Assembly (NCBI GenBank): GCA_030141605.1
Contig: JAQGDQ010000182.1
Span: 1-64,000, forward strand
Reading direction: 5' to 3'
DNA from: Tubiluchus corallicola
Taxonomy: Eukaryota; Animalia; Priapulida
DNA length: 64,000 bases
Shown: positions 12,801 through 23,496 of the stretch, in pieces
How the letters are laid out: each line of letters starts with the position of its first letter
Numbering within the stretch: the stretch's first letter is position 1
Made by a program: the position numbers and the translations under genes
Notes under the pieces: generated by a model
Database searches by the model: none
Told to the model about the DNA's origin: nothing
The model's input: only the letters and a program-made list of their open reading frames with translations

Positions 12801-15800
12801 GGATGTTGTTTTAAGATGAGCCATTGCTGTGACCGAACTGGTAGCGGCATTTCAGTCATGTTTAGATCCTTCTTGTATGAGGTGAACAGTGAGTAACAAC
12901 CTCATGTCGTGCACACAAAGCATGGGCATCTTACCCATTCAGCCACAACCTTGCTACATTTTTTAGGTATTTTTCATGCATTATTACTTGCACTAAGTTA
13001 AAATATGGGATAATTTCGGGTGAAATTCCAAATGTTGTATTGTTGTTAAATGGGCATTCACAAATTTGCATTTCTGCAATTGTTATCAGAAAAAATGTAT
13101 GCAGTTTTACTTATATTTATGTACAATAGAGCTCATACATTTCTACATGTTTCATTGTGCTTGTATGCTTCTGATGCTAATTTTTGACTTTTTTTAATAG
13201 ATGCTCAGTTCTGGCATCTTGTGCATACGTGTCTCTGCATGTTGGGGATAGCTTAATGGCACTGAGATATGCGGAACGACTACTTGCACATCCTGACCTA
13301 CCAGGTGTCTACAAGTAAGTACACTTTTCTCTGTGTATCCTAAATTTTGTGTTATATCCGTTATATAGTGGGGATTATGTTTGCATAACTTTCTACCCAT
13401 GAAAAAGCAATTGTACCCGAAATAGAAACGAAATGAGAAAAAAGTGCAAAATCATCGTGGTTGTTTGAAAAACTCATCATGTAGTTTTTAACTGTGATTT
13501 TTTTAACTTTTAAATGTGTTGAAATAAATATTTAAGTTAAGTTTAGTGAAATGGAGAATCATGAGACTTAGACAGGTTTGAAGGTTTTAAACGAAATGTG
13601 ATATACAGTTTTGTATTACACGCACACATTGCAAAAATTAAAAAAGGCAAACATTAATATTGTGAAAGCCATTGTCAAAAATCTTGTGTGTTGTAACAAG
13701 TTGGAAATTTCTCGTGAATTGATATATTATACTGTGGTGCAACAAGGATTTAATACAATACACAAGATTTAATGTAATAAAAAATTTTATGCCTTTTATC
13801 CTCAAAAAACTTAATTTGGTTGATGTTTTAGCAAAGCTTAACTAATCAGTTCAGAGTCAGTGAATAGTCAGAGTATTATTAATTAAAGGTTCATTTTACA
13901 TTAAATGTAATAGGTATTTGGGACACCTGTATACTGCCGAAGCTCTCATCTTATTAGATCGAATATCAGAAGCAGTGGATAATTTAACACCTGAAATTAG
14001 CAACCTGTCAATGAGACTACCAACAGACTCAGCAAAAACTGATGATAACGAGGATAGTGGAAAATCAGACACATTTGGTATGCTGTGTGGTTTATACCTT
14101 ACAGAGATTATAAACATTTGCTGATAAGGTCAGTTTTGTGAGGTCTTTTTGTAGAGAACTTGGAAGATCTATTTGCAAAGAACGAGCTTGAACTTAAATG
14201 AGGTTGTTTTAATTAGAAACTTAAAAAAACTTTTTTGAACCACATTTAAGCTACAGTTAAGAATTACAGTAAATGGAAGTATAAGTTGAAATAATTCACA
14301 ATAAGTTCAAATAATTTATTCACCCAGTGATTTACATGCCTTAGTTGAGTGACCTTTTCTAATGTGTGTGTAAATAACAAGGATGCTCTGGCTGTAAAGA
14401 AATTTGGCTTTTTTAACTCTTGTCTTGTCTTGTTTTTGTGATACTTCTACATTTTTGAAAAGCCAGCTTTTCATGAGTGTTGTACCTTAGTGTACGCAAA
14501 TGATGGCAAAGATTTTATAAATCAGTAATTTTTGGTTAAAAAGTGATAGTATTTAGAAAAAGACTAGATTTTGACTATAGTGGAAAGAGATTTTTACTCT
14601 TTATCCTGCCAAAATTTAGGTGGCTAACAGTTAAGTTTAAATTTGCCTAATGATTGTAAACAGGTGAAATCTTCAATAATTGCTAAACAATGTTATAATA
14701 GATTTCGCTTGTACAATTTATTTTGTAACTTCTAAAATAAGACAGATATTATAAAAAAATGTAATTTTTAAATAAAATTTAAATTCTTAAATGTCTCATA
14801 AAATCCCCATTTTTCAGCTTTCACTCATGTTTATCTGTATCTATGGTAAATGGCTTAAAACTTGTTTTAAATGTCCCTTGTCTTTCATTTAAGACAAATG
14901 ACTGTATTTTAAGAATAATATCAGTATTTGAATTTATTTTTGTTTAGTTCAAGCACACTGGTTTCCAGATAAACTTCCAGTAGCAATGTTGGTAATGCAA
15001 TATAATCTGTGTGTGGCATATACGATAAGAGGTGAATTTGAAAAGGCTCAACAAATGCTATGGAAGGTGAGGATGGTTTTATGCAGTTCGTCTCGTGATT
15101 AATTACAATTAGATTCTGTAAACATAATTTTATTGCGTAATAAATTTGTGTGATCTTCCAGCACAGCAGCAGTAACACATCACACATAAGACAGTGTTGG
15201 CTAGTCGCACCATTACTGTAGTACCACTATTAAAATTAGTAGCTAGTAGCGTAATGGTAACGCCAATACTTCAAAAATGAGTAGCGGTAAATTGTAATTT
15301 CACCACTTTTTTAATAGTGCTGTAATAGCGCTACACCACTCCATTTAATCAGTTAATACTACATAGCATTGGTATACCGGGGGGGGGGGGGGACTGCCCC
15401 CCAAATTTTCGGGTTTAAAAAATTTCGGGCAGAACTGCCCTTTGTATTTTCAGAAAATAGTTTTTCAATTTCAAAATTGATGTTTTTTCAGATTTCAATC
15501 GTCATCGCCTTATTTTTTCCTGGAATTCAAATATGGCCCGAATCTTGACAGAGTAATATTTATGCCATGCACCTGGATGCCTGAATCTTGATCTCACAGG
15601 AGGCGCCGTCCGCGCCGGTCCCGGACAGGCAGTGAGAGTGGTCTGGAAACAATTAGCATTCGCAAAATTGAAAATATACTAGTCGCTGCAAGTCTCCTAT
15701 TGTTTATAGAGCTCTTATCGCTTCCTGGTTTGAGTGCGGCGCACATTGATGAAAGATTTTCGGAACAAAACAAACGTGATAAATTCTTTTTCTGAGCTAA

Positions 15801-17821
15801 TTTGACCGACGTGAGAATGTGGCAAGTCTCTGTGCATAGCTGCATTCTTAATTCTTGCGTCTTGCATGGTGATTGCTGATTTGACAGATTATGTAACCGA
15901 TTCGTATATCAGTCATGAAATATGGATAATTCCTCTTTTCTGGTCCATCGCTCTGTCATCTCAGTCATTCAGTGTTCACTGGAAGTAAACTGTTCTGTTC
16001 TGGAAGTTATCGCCACACTTCTGGTTCTTAGGACACTGTTTTTACCATAATCAATGACAATCTTTGAAACTAATGACCCAGGTGCTTGAGCATAATCGAA
16101 CAAGCACAGCTTATCAAGATATCTGGCCATATAGGTCATATCATGTGTTGTGCATCACATTTCAATATGGCTAATAAATAATGTTGATCAGCTTCATGAG
16201 TTCAGTCTTATGTCATCAGAAATGACGCCTTTTTGTATTCGCTATCTGGAACTTAGTAAGGTTGTACTTGTTGAAATGGGGGCCTAAAAATCGTGAAATT
16301 CTAAGAATTCGGGCAAAGAATTCACTGCTTCCCCAAAATTCAGGGACCCTATGCTGCATAGCGAGTTGTGTTTTCGTTGCTTAGCTAGAACATTGATACA
16401 ATTTGGTATAATTTGTATTTGTACCTGTGTTTTTGTACAGGTGAAATCTTCCGTTATTGCTAAACAATGTTATAATAGATTTCGCTTGTACAATTTAATT
16501 TGCAACTTCTAAGGCTTACCTACTACCTAACAATTTAACTATAACTATTAACTAGTTTTTTAATGTACCACCTATATTTTGGAGTGTACTATATCAATGA
16601 TGCACAGAAGTCTGAAGTTGCCACAAAATGAGACAGTTGTGGCTATTGTAGTTGTACATACATACAATCATACAGATTATAGTTGCAATCTGTTTTTAAA
16701 AATAGCGATAGCGGTAGCACCACTACTTTTCAGGAGTGTAATCATATTGATAGCACTACTACATTTTATAAGTAATTGACCCAACACTGCATATCAGAAG
16801 CACAAAAGTGACTAATAGTAGAGAAAAGCAAAAAGTACCACGTAATGTTTCCTGAAATAGAATAAGTCTTGGAAACTTGTGCATTGACACGGGCAAGTCT
16901 TACAGCCGTTCCTGAATAGTTAGTCTTCCTATTCCATAGTTAGTCACTGCTCTAGAAGGGGTATTGAAACATAGTGAACTTCATGTTTGATTAGAAAAAG
17001 ATGTACAGCTAATGCAGAGCAGCTCTAAATGTAAATGACAACTGTGCTGCAGTTTGTTCATAAACCAATAGTTTAGACTGTTAACAGTTCACTTGTTCCC
17101 AGTGAGCTGATGTCTGGTTGGACTATTTATGCAAAACAATCAACATCAGTGTAGTGTGTGTATTGTTTCCAGTTTTTTACAGGTTCATAACTCAGAGTAA
17201 CTGTTTCATCAACATTCAATAACTTTTGTCAGAAAATTTTAATTGTATTAGACAGTTTAGCTACTATTGTAAGTGTTTTTGCCTATCATGCTAAATTTGT
17301 TTTACACAGTTTAATTATACACAGATTAATTTAAACTTTTTGTTTCTTCTAGCTAACGTAGACATATATAATTGAATTTTCTTTTTTTAGCTTGCTGCTT
17401 TGTTCAAGTCAACTACTGGATTACCTGAGATTCCTGCACACTTGTTAGTGCTTGCACTATATGTGTCTCTTCAACTTGGTAAATTTTTCGATACTTGTTA
17501 TTGAATATTTCATTCATTGTGTATGTTGCAATTTTTATTTTTCACAGCGCCATTGCAGACCTTGCAAAATACAGGTGGCAGAGTTTTGCAAAAAAGAATC
17601 AGAGATTTAGTAGTCGGTCAGGAAACGTTTCATTTAGTTTGATTTCGCTTGGTTTCAAGGAATATCACTACAATTAACGATGGAAAATGAGTGAAACCAT
17701 TCCATTCTTCCTTGTCCATTGTTTATGTAAATTTTTTTTAATTGCTGTCACTGTTTTTTCAGGCCACACAGACATGGCACGTGTCATCATCAAACAAAAT
17801 TTTCCCAGCTTAAGAACATAA
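3798..17821 (+). CDS. CNOT10: CCR4-NOT transcription complex subunit 10, complete spliced CDS, 14 coding exons, 2058 nt, 685 aa
   Basis: join(3798-3857,5195-5353,6283-6433,7168-7367,8006-8089,8487-8787,10609-10826,11786-11907,12441-12659,13201-13314,13914-14077,14948-15066,17391-17478,17763-17821). All introns are GT-AG with matching phases. Motifs typical of CNOT10: [76 protein letters not shown]. Confidence 0.96.
3950..4330 (+). mobile_element. Non-LTR retrotransposon (CR1/L2/Jockey-like) 3' RT remnant in CNOT10 intron 1
   Basis: Broken translation AY..L.PGMEYAS..W / [25 protein letters not shown], typical of the C-terminal part of LINE ORF2. Confidence 0.7.
5195..5353 (+). CDS. CNOT10: CNOT10 exon 2 (GNFKQC...NLVCKK)
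   Basis: Acceptor tttgtgcag|GGC; donor AAG|GTCAGT; [12 protein letters not shown] motif. Confidence 0.93.
5453..5638. mobile_element. Tc1/pogo (Tigger-like) MITE in CNOT10 intron 2
   Basis: Imperfect TIRs CAGTCAAACTTCTTTATACCGCC / GGTGTTATAACGAGTGTTTGACTG; flanks TG and TA. Confidence 0.7.
6283..6433 (+). CDS. CNOT10: CNOT10 exon 3 ([13 protein letters not shown]...YQYLEPL)
   Basis: Acceptor tgtttag|GCT; donor A|GTATGT, phase 1; [13 protein letters not shown] motif. Not in the ORF track. Confidence 0.92.
7168..7367 (+). CDS. CNOT10: CNOT10 exon 4 ([15 protein letters not shown]...PRIQH)
   Basis: Acceptor tttccag|AT; donor CAT|GTGAGA. Confidence 0.93.
8006..8089 (+). CDS. CNOT10: CNOT10 exon 5 ([28 protein letters not shown])
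   Basis: Acceptor ttttgcag|TAC; donor TCT|GTAAGT. Confidence 0.93.
8487..8787 (+). CDS. CNOT10: CNOT10 exon 6 (ASSSQD...LPAKEA)
   Basis: Acceptor cttgcag|GCT; donor G|GTAAGA; NNLGCIHF motif. Confidence 0.93.
10609..10826 (+). CDS. CNOT10: CNOT10 exon 7 ([12 protein letters not shown]...CISAQKL)
   Basis: Acceptor ttttcag|TT; donor CTA|GTGAGT; [12 protein letters not shown] motif. Confidence 0.95.
11786..11907 (+). CDS. CNOT10: CNOT10 exon 8 (DNEQLL...[10 protein letters not shown]...)
   Basis: Acceptor tttctag|GAT; donor CG|GTAAAT. Confidence 0.92.
12441..12659 (+). CDS. CNOT10: CNOT10 exon 9 (LDGPSAAIP...[11 protein letters not shown])
   Basis: Acceptor tgtatag|A; donor AG|GTAAGT. Confidence 0.94.
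13201..13314 (+). CDS. CNOT10: CNOT10 exon 10 ([16 protein letters not shown]...LPGVY)
   Basis: Acceptor tttaatag|A; donor AA|GTAAGT. Confidence 0.94.
13914..14077 (+). CDS. CNOT10: CNOT10 exon 11 ([20 protein letters not shown]...SDTF)
   Basis: Acceptor gtaatag|G; donor G|GTATGC. Confidence 0.93.
14660..14735 (+). repeat. 76-bp direct repeat, copy 1 (copy 2 at 16437-16512)
   Basis: Both copies read ACAGGTGAAATCTTC..ATTGCTAAACAATGTTATAATAGATTTCGCTTGTACAATTTA.TTTG.AACTTCTAA. Confidence 0.9.
14948..15066 (+). CDS. CNOT10: CNOT10 exon 12 (QAHWFPDKL...[22 protein letters not shown])
   Basis: Acceptor tgtttag|TT; donor AAG|GTGAGG. Confidence 0.92.
15367..16353. mobile_element. Nested hAT-like MITE
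   Basis: Ends CATTGG...CCTATG with G-run/TGCCCCCC and TTCGGGCA subterminal motifs; 8-bp TSD CTACATAG / CTGCATAG (7/8 match). Confidence 0.7.
15560..16095. mobile_element. Innermost nested TIR element
   Basis: TTATGCCATGCACCTGG at 15560 pairs with CCAGGTGCTTGAGCATAA ending at 16095. Confidence 0.6.
17391..17478 (+). CDS. CNOT10: CNOT10 exon 13 (LAALFK...[16 protein letters not shown])
   Basis: Acceptor tttttag|CTT; donor G|GTAAAT. Confidence 0.9.
17763..17821 (+). CDS. CNOT10: CNOT10 last coding exon ([19 protein letters not shown])
   Basis: Acceptor ttttcag|GC; TAA at 17819-17821; matches the G.T..A..IIK.N C-terminal helix. Confidence 0.88.
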
Positions 17822-18096
17822 CATCAACCAGCGAAGGACATTAACTGTGCAAAAGGCTTACGTTGGGTAACAGTCCATTCCATGCACAACTGTGCCTGGT
17901 TAGTCAAGGCAAACTGCTGGGTCAGTAAAACTAATACAACCACCAGAAAGCTACTGGATAACTGTCTACATCTTTTGCTGAATGTTGTTTTCTGTTGCAT
18001 GTTAATTGTATGTGGCTTTATGGGATATCATCTTACCAGATGAAATTTGATACTGAGAATTCTGTCTTGTTTTGAACCATTTTGAATAATGTAATC

Positions 18097-18102
18097 AATA
18101 AA
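18097..18102 (+). terminator. Candidate polyadenylation signal for CNOT10
   Basis: AATAAA about 275 nt after the stop codon; another lies at about 19022. Confidence 0.35.
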
Positions 18103-19910
18103 ACAATATCACTTGTATGTAGTCACATTTCTGTACAGCCAAAAATTGGCTAGCCAAGGCACATGGAAAAATCAAATTTTGTACCAAAATTTAAAAAATT
18201 CTGTGTCTTGCTAAGTGGTGGCCAAATTGAAGAATATAGGGCATATATGTAGCAAAACAGAGTCTACACCTTGTTCACAGAATAACTGAAAATTTATGCT
18301 TTTGTAAATCCAGCAAAATTTGTCTTTGAAAGTATGCATACTTAAGCTGACATTGTTGCTATAATTTTGTTGCCTTTTCAAAAACTTTTTGAAATTGAAA
18401 ATTACATTCTTAATCAATTTGAGGCTTTTGAAAACCTAATGAAACTGACAGAGATGATTGTTATGTCGTCCAACAAAGCCAGTCCAAACCACTAATAAAG
18501 TTTGCTGTAATTTATTCAGTTTTAATGTTGTATGGAAGTGTTTGATTTTAGCAATCCTGAGGTTTTCAACTGTTTTGAATGTTGGCCCGTTTTCAAAAAG
18601 AAGTATTGGGTTATTGCAACAAATTCTAACTTTATGGAACAATACATGAACCTTACAATGATTGACAGTTTATATTCATTCATAGGTTTATGTCTCGGTA
18701 ATCAGTCTAAGCAGTCTTGCAAACAGTGAAAGATATAAGATATAAGAGCTATGAGTTGATAGAAAATTATTATGCTGTTAAGTCTTCTACTTCAATTGGA
18801 CTGATAACTGATTCTTTTTGAATGAAATTAGAATTTAACATGATTCTGGAGCATTACAAAATAAATAATGGATGAAATTAATATTCTTATCATATTACTT
18901 TTTTGTTTGTTTGTTTGTTTCATTGGAAGAAAGTTTAGTATTCTTTCAAGATGTGAAGTAAATTCGTATGAAGTGTTCAAGCTTAATAAGCTACATAATT
19001 AATTTTTGAAATTATCTTTATAATAAAATGTAACGCCTGTATACTTGATTCATGTTTGAAAAATGAAAACCTATATAATTTGACCTCCACTCTGCCTTTC
19101 ACCTTTCACGTTGTTTAGTAATTATGAGCCTGAAACTAAAACTGGTATTTTAATTAGGTACAAATGAAGTACTATTTGTCAGTAGTTTACTGTAATTGCA
19201 AACTGTATAATTTGCAAACGAACGAGTCTTAATAAGCTTAGTGGTTTTCTGAAAGGAATATTATGTACCAGACTGACTTGAATCCAATACCTAGCTGCTT
19301 TCATATCCAAATTACTGATTCCTATCCAAATTAGAAATTACTTGACAGTTGTTCAGAAAGATCAAATCAATCCTTTTCGAAGATGTTAATATTATAATAG
19401 AAATTTACTGAACAAAATTACCAATTTTTTCCAAATAAAATCCACGATTTCATTGTAACAACTAATGAAGAGAATGAAAATGCAGATATCTAATTGAGAA
19501 GGGCCAGCTGAGTGAGGTCAATTTGACTCGAGTTACTTTAGTATTGAATTACTAGGAACATGGATTCTTGCTGGGCTAAAGCATTACAAATTACGTCAGG
19601 GGCTTTTTAGCGAAAAGGTCAAGGTGGACAGCACACCACGCTCCTGAAGCGACAGTGAGCGGCTGAGCGCTTTGTGATAATTTTTGTGATCACATTATAA
19701 TGATATTGCTGTTTGAGGGTTTACTGCTAGCTTATAGTTTTGATAAAGTTATTAACTCACTTGAAATTATACCTTGCTTGAAAGAATGCCCGTATTGCTA
19801 ACAAAAGCAAGCGTTGAAAGCAAAGTTGAATGCGTCAAAGATCAAAGATAACGAGAAAAAGGACATTTTTTCGCAATTATACAGAATTGCGAACAAAACT
19901 TTAAACACAA

Positions 19911-20486
19911 ATGCTATTTTCTAAACTAATCACCCGGGGAATTCGGCGGAAATTTCCAGAAGTTCTTAACGTCAGTACCGAAACCTTGGCTTCGTGGATG
20001 ACTTTTAAACCAGAATCTTCAAAAAGTATTCCGTATGAATTACAAGGTAGCAGTGTAGATAATAACGACGATCAACATCCTGGCCAATTAGTTCTGCTGG
20101 ATACTCGTGAAGCTAAAGAGGTGGAGGTTAGTAATATTCCACGTGCATTTCATATCAGCCCACGAAGTACAGGTGAAGAAATTTTAAGTAAAGTCGTTCA
20201 GTGTACCGCTGATTCAACAGAGAAAAAAGTGTCTGCAGTGTTTTATTGTTCTGTTGGATATCGAGCTTCAGCCATAGCACAGCAACTAATGGATCACCTG
20301 AAAAGGGATGATATTACACTACCAAAATCTATTGAAGTGTACAATTTAGAAGGTGGTGTCTTCAAGTGGGCCAATGAAAGGCGGCCTCTTGTTGACAGTC
20401 AAAATCAACTAACAAAATATGTGCATCCCTTCAATGCAGTTTGGGGGAAGTTGCTTTACTCTGATATAAGAAAGTTGCCAATCTAA
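19911..20486 (+). CDS. Single-domain rhodanese-like (sulfurtransferase fold) protein, 191 aa, intron-free CDS
   Basis: ATG with in-frame upstream TAA (19902); LLDTRE..E.EVSNIPRA, catalytic-loop YCSVGYRAS, VYNLEGGVFKW, C-terminal VHPFNAVWGKLL. Confidence 0.92.
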   Translation: MLFSKLITRGIRRKFPEVLNVSTETLASWMTFKPESSKSIPYELQGSSVDNNDDQHPGQLVLLDTREAKEVEVSNIPRAFHISPRSTGEEILSKVVQCTADSTEKKVSAVFYCSVGYRASAIAQQLMDHLKRDDITLPKSIEVYNLEGGVFKWANERRPLVDSQNQLTKYVHPFNAVWGKLLYSDIRKLPI

Positions 20487-22204
20487 AGCGCTGTTATTAT
20501 ACACTTATTATAAATGATAAGAAATTTAGTTTTGACAAATGAGTAACAATGCTTTTGTGTTTTTAATTTATGTGAATTAGAGGCAGATGACTACGTTATA
20601 ATTTCCAAAAAAACTTTGAATATCTAGTTTTGAACTATTGAAATGCTTGTTACCAAAAAAAACTCATGAAGTTACATTCACATTTTATTCTATCAATGCT
20701 TTTGTTGTTTTTTTCAAACTGTTAAGCTAACTAGGCTTAAGCTCAAGGTTGGAATGAGACATGGCTTGAGAAAAAAGGCTGATTTAACTAAGTGCATACA
20801 ACAGTGTACTGAAGTACACAGTATCATTTTGGGTGATACAAGTATTGCAAAATTATTAGTACTTTGCATATATGTTTGTACATATTTTTCTGTATTTGAT
20901 ATAGTTTTCTTGGTTTCTGAATCATGTTCGAAACTTATAAACGTTTAGAAGTAACGTTTTTATAACTTTACACTTCATTTGTAAGATTGCTTTTAAATAT
21001 TTTGTCATGACTCATGACTTTGCTTTAACAGTAAAACAAGAACTTGAATCTTTCTGTTTAGTACTACTCTCTGTATTAACTGGTAATATATCTCTTCTGG
21101 TTCAGTGTTTCAGAATCTTAACAATGATATTGAGCTAGCTTTAGTTCCTTTCTAATGAATTTTATTTGCTACTTTATATGTTGCAAAGCTTTTGGTAGAT
21201 GCAAGTGCACTATGAATCTTGGCATTCTTGAAAAGTTAATTTAATTGTCAGCAACATGTTACCTATGTTTGGTTTATGCTGTTTGGAAAGTCACACTACC
21301 GTTTACATACAGGTGTTGCATTACGTATGCAAAAGTTATTTATAAATGTGTTTTCTATGTATTTTATGAATGTTTGTGAGATTCCATTTGCTGAATGTGG
21401 TAAGATTACATTTTTTATGCAATGTCGGATGTTGTTTTATATACACTATTTACATTAATGCACTAATTACACTAATTATCATCACTGTATATTTATATTG
21501 ATAGTTAGCGATATTATGGTTTCGAAAACAGTCTACTATTACACATAATAATCAGTATCACTTTTATAATTTTTGTATCAACACCTTTATCTTATCTGAT
21601 TTTTATTTTTATTTTATGTATATTTATTCATACATTTTATTATATAGCTTATAATAATGTAAAATAATTTGTTATATACTATACATAAAAGGCATTTATT
21701 ATGACAGCTGTTTTTTATTATACTGCATTTGAAGGTAATGTGGCTGTTAGCTGATGGCTGTATTATATAATTAGAGGTAATTTGGTGTATGTATTTGAAA
21801 TCACTGATAAATATGCATAATAGTCTTTGTCTGTTAATAGAGAAATAAAAGATAAATTTTCTAACCATTTGATTCAATGTCATTATTTGAAACTTTTTTA
21901 CATAACTATGTTTGCGAGTGAGTTGTATGTTTGATTTTACATGTAGTTGAACCATTTATTGGAAACCCGTAGATTGTAATACTTACCTAAAATGAACATG
22001 TTTATGTTTTCAGTTAATTATTTCAAGTTCACCTGGCTGTATTCTAGTGTAGTATTAATGACCTTTAGAAATGAAATTTTGAAACAAAATGACTTTGTGA
22101 GCTTAAGTATCAAATGTTCAGGAACTTTAACCTGTGATACCACCATGCTAAATCTAGAAATATTTTGATTTTAAGAATGACTAATTTATCACTAACCTAT
22201 GACA

Positions 22205-22545
22205 TTTCTCTCTCTGTCTCTGTCCCTCTCTCTCTCTCCTTCTCTTTCTCTCTCCCCATTTTTTCTCTGTCACTTCGGTATACTGATGATGATAATAACA
22301 AGTGGTTATGAACATGGTGGTATGATGATTATGTTGATTCAGGTTGTGTTGATGAAATAGGCTGTAATGACAATGGGGCCGATGAATCATAATATTGATA
22401 GTGATGCTAATGATGACTATGACAAGGTGTGAGGAATGATGGCAATAATGATGATGACATTGGTGATGTTCACATTGGCAATAATGATGAAATGGTGATG
22501 ATGTTGTTCATAATAAAGGTGATTATAACAATGATAATGATGGTG
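22205..22545. repeat. (CT)n tract followed by degenerate (GAT)n low-complexity tract
   Basis: Visible directly in the sequence. Confidence 0.75.
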
Positions 22546-23396
22546 GTGTAGTTTATGAAAGACAAATGAATTATACAGCTGCTTATTTTTTTGTTTTTTA
22601 GATAATCCTAATGCCCATTGGTATACATAAGTCAAAACAACCATAAACGAATAATTCATGTAGTAGGTTACTATTTATTTTAAAATACCATCCTCAGTTT
22701 GTTGTCACAGTAATGTGGCATATTATAAATGCACCCATTGTAATTAACACTTAAAACTACATATGCATTATAGTTCACAGTATCTTTAGAATATAACTGC
22801 TGAGGTATAAAATTTTGCATTTTAATATAAATTTGAATTAGATACTGGTACTGTACTGTAGACGTTAAATTCGTTCCTTCAATTTGTTCATTTTGGCTCG
22901 CTTAAAAGTTTTATAGAGTCGTAAGTTTTTGTATATATTAATATTGTTCCGTAGCTTCATTATTTTCCAACTAACACGTATATAATAAAATTTGTTCCGT
23001 TGCCTCGCTATTTTTCCAATTTTGTTCTATAATATAATGTGCGCACTCCTTTGAATTAGATGTACTGCGTTCGAGTGTGCTCGGAAACGAAATTTCGAGT
23101 GTCCATCTCTACAAAATCATTATTCATGCTACTTAACTTGGAATGACAAGTCGGAGACTCCGGAATTAAAATGCTAATTGTTAACTGGTTAGATCGAGTC
23201 ATAACTAATGCATTTTTTGTGGGTCGTCAGCGCAGAAACGACGAATAACTTTCTGTTGTCGAGTTCCAAGTATGAATGCACCCGAATGCAAACAACTCGT
23301 TCTTCCGGACTGTGAAGCCGTAAATTCCGAGTTTCCGGGCACACTCAAACGTGGCATTAACGATAATAAACGTAAATAATTATGTTTCATTCTTAA

Positions 23397-23496
23397 TTAA
23401 TCTTCCTTTTTAGTCCCTCTGCCTTTAAATTCGTCCATAAATTCGTTGATACCCATATACTTTGCCAATTCGTATAGTGCATCAGTTGGCAAAAAT
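23397..23496 (-). CDS. SDR16C paralog A exon 5 (FLPTDALY...[13 protein letters not shown])
   Basis: Acceptor ttttcag|A; TAA at 23399-23397. Confidence 0.9.

Larger units (their letters stand above)
15192..16789. mobile_element. Outer hAT-like non-autonomous element in CNOT10 intron 12
   Basis: TIR CAGTGTTGG...CCAACACTG; subterminal AGTAGC/CACTACT motifs at both ends; TSD degenerate. Confidence 0.65.
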
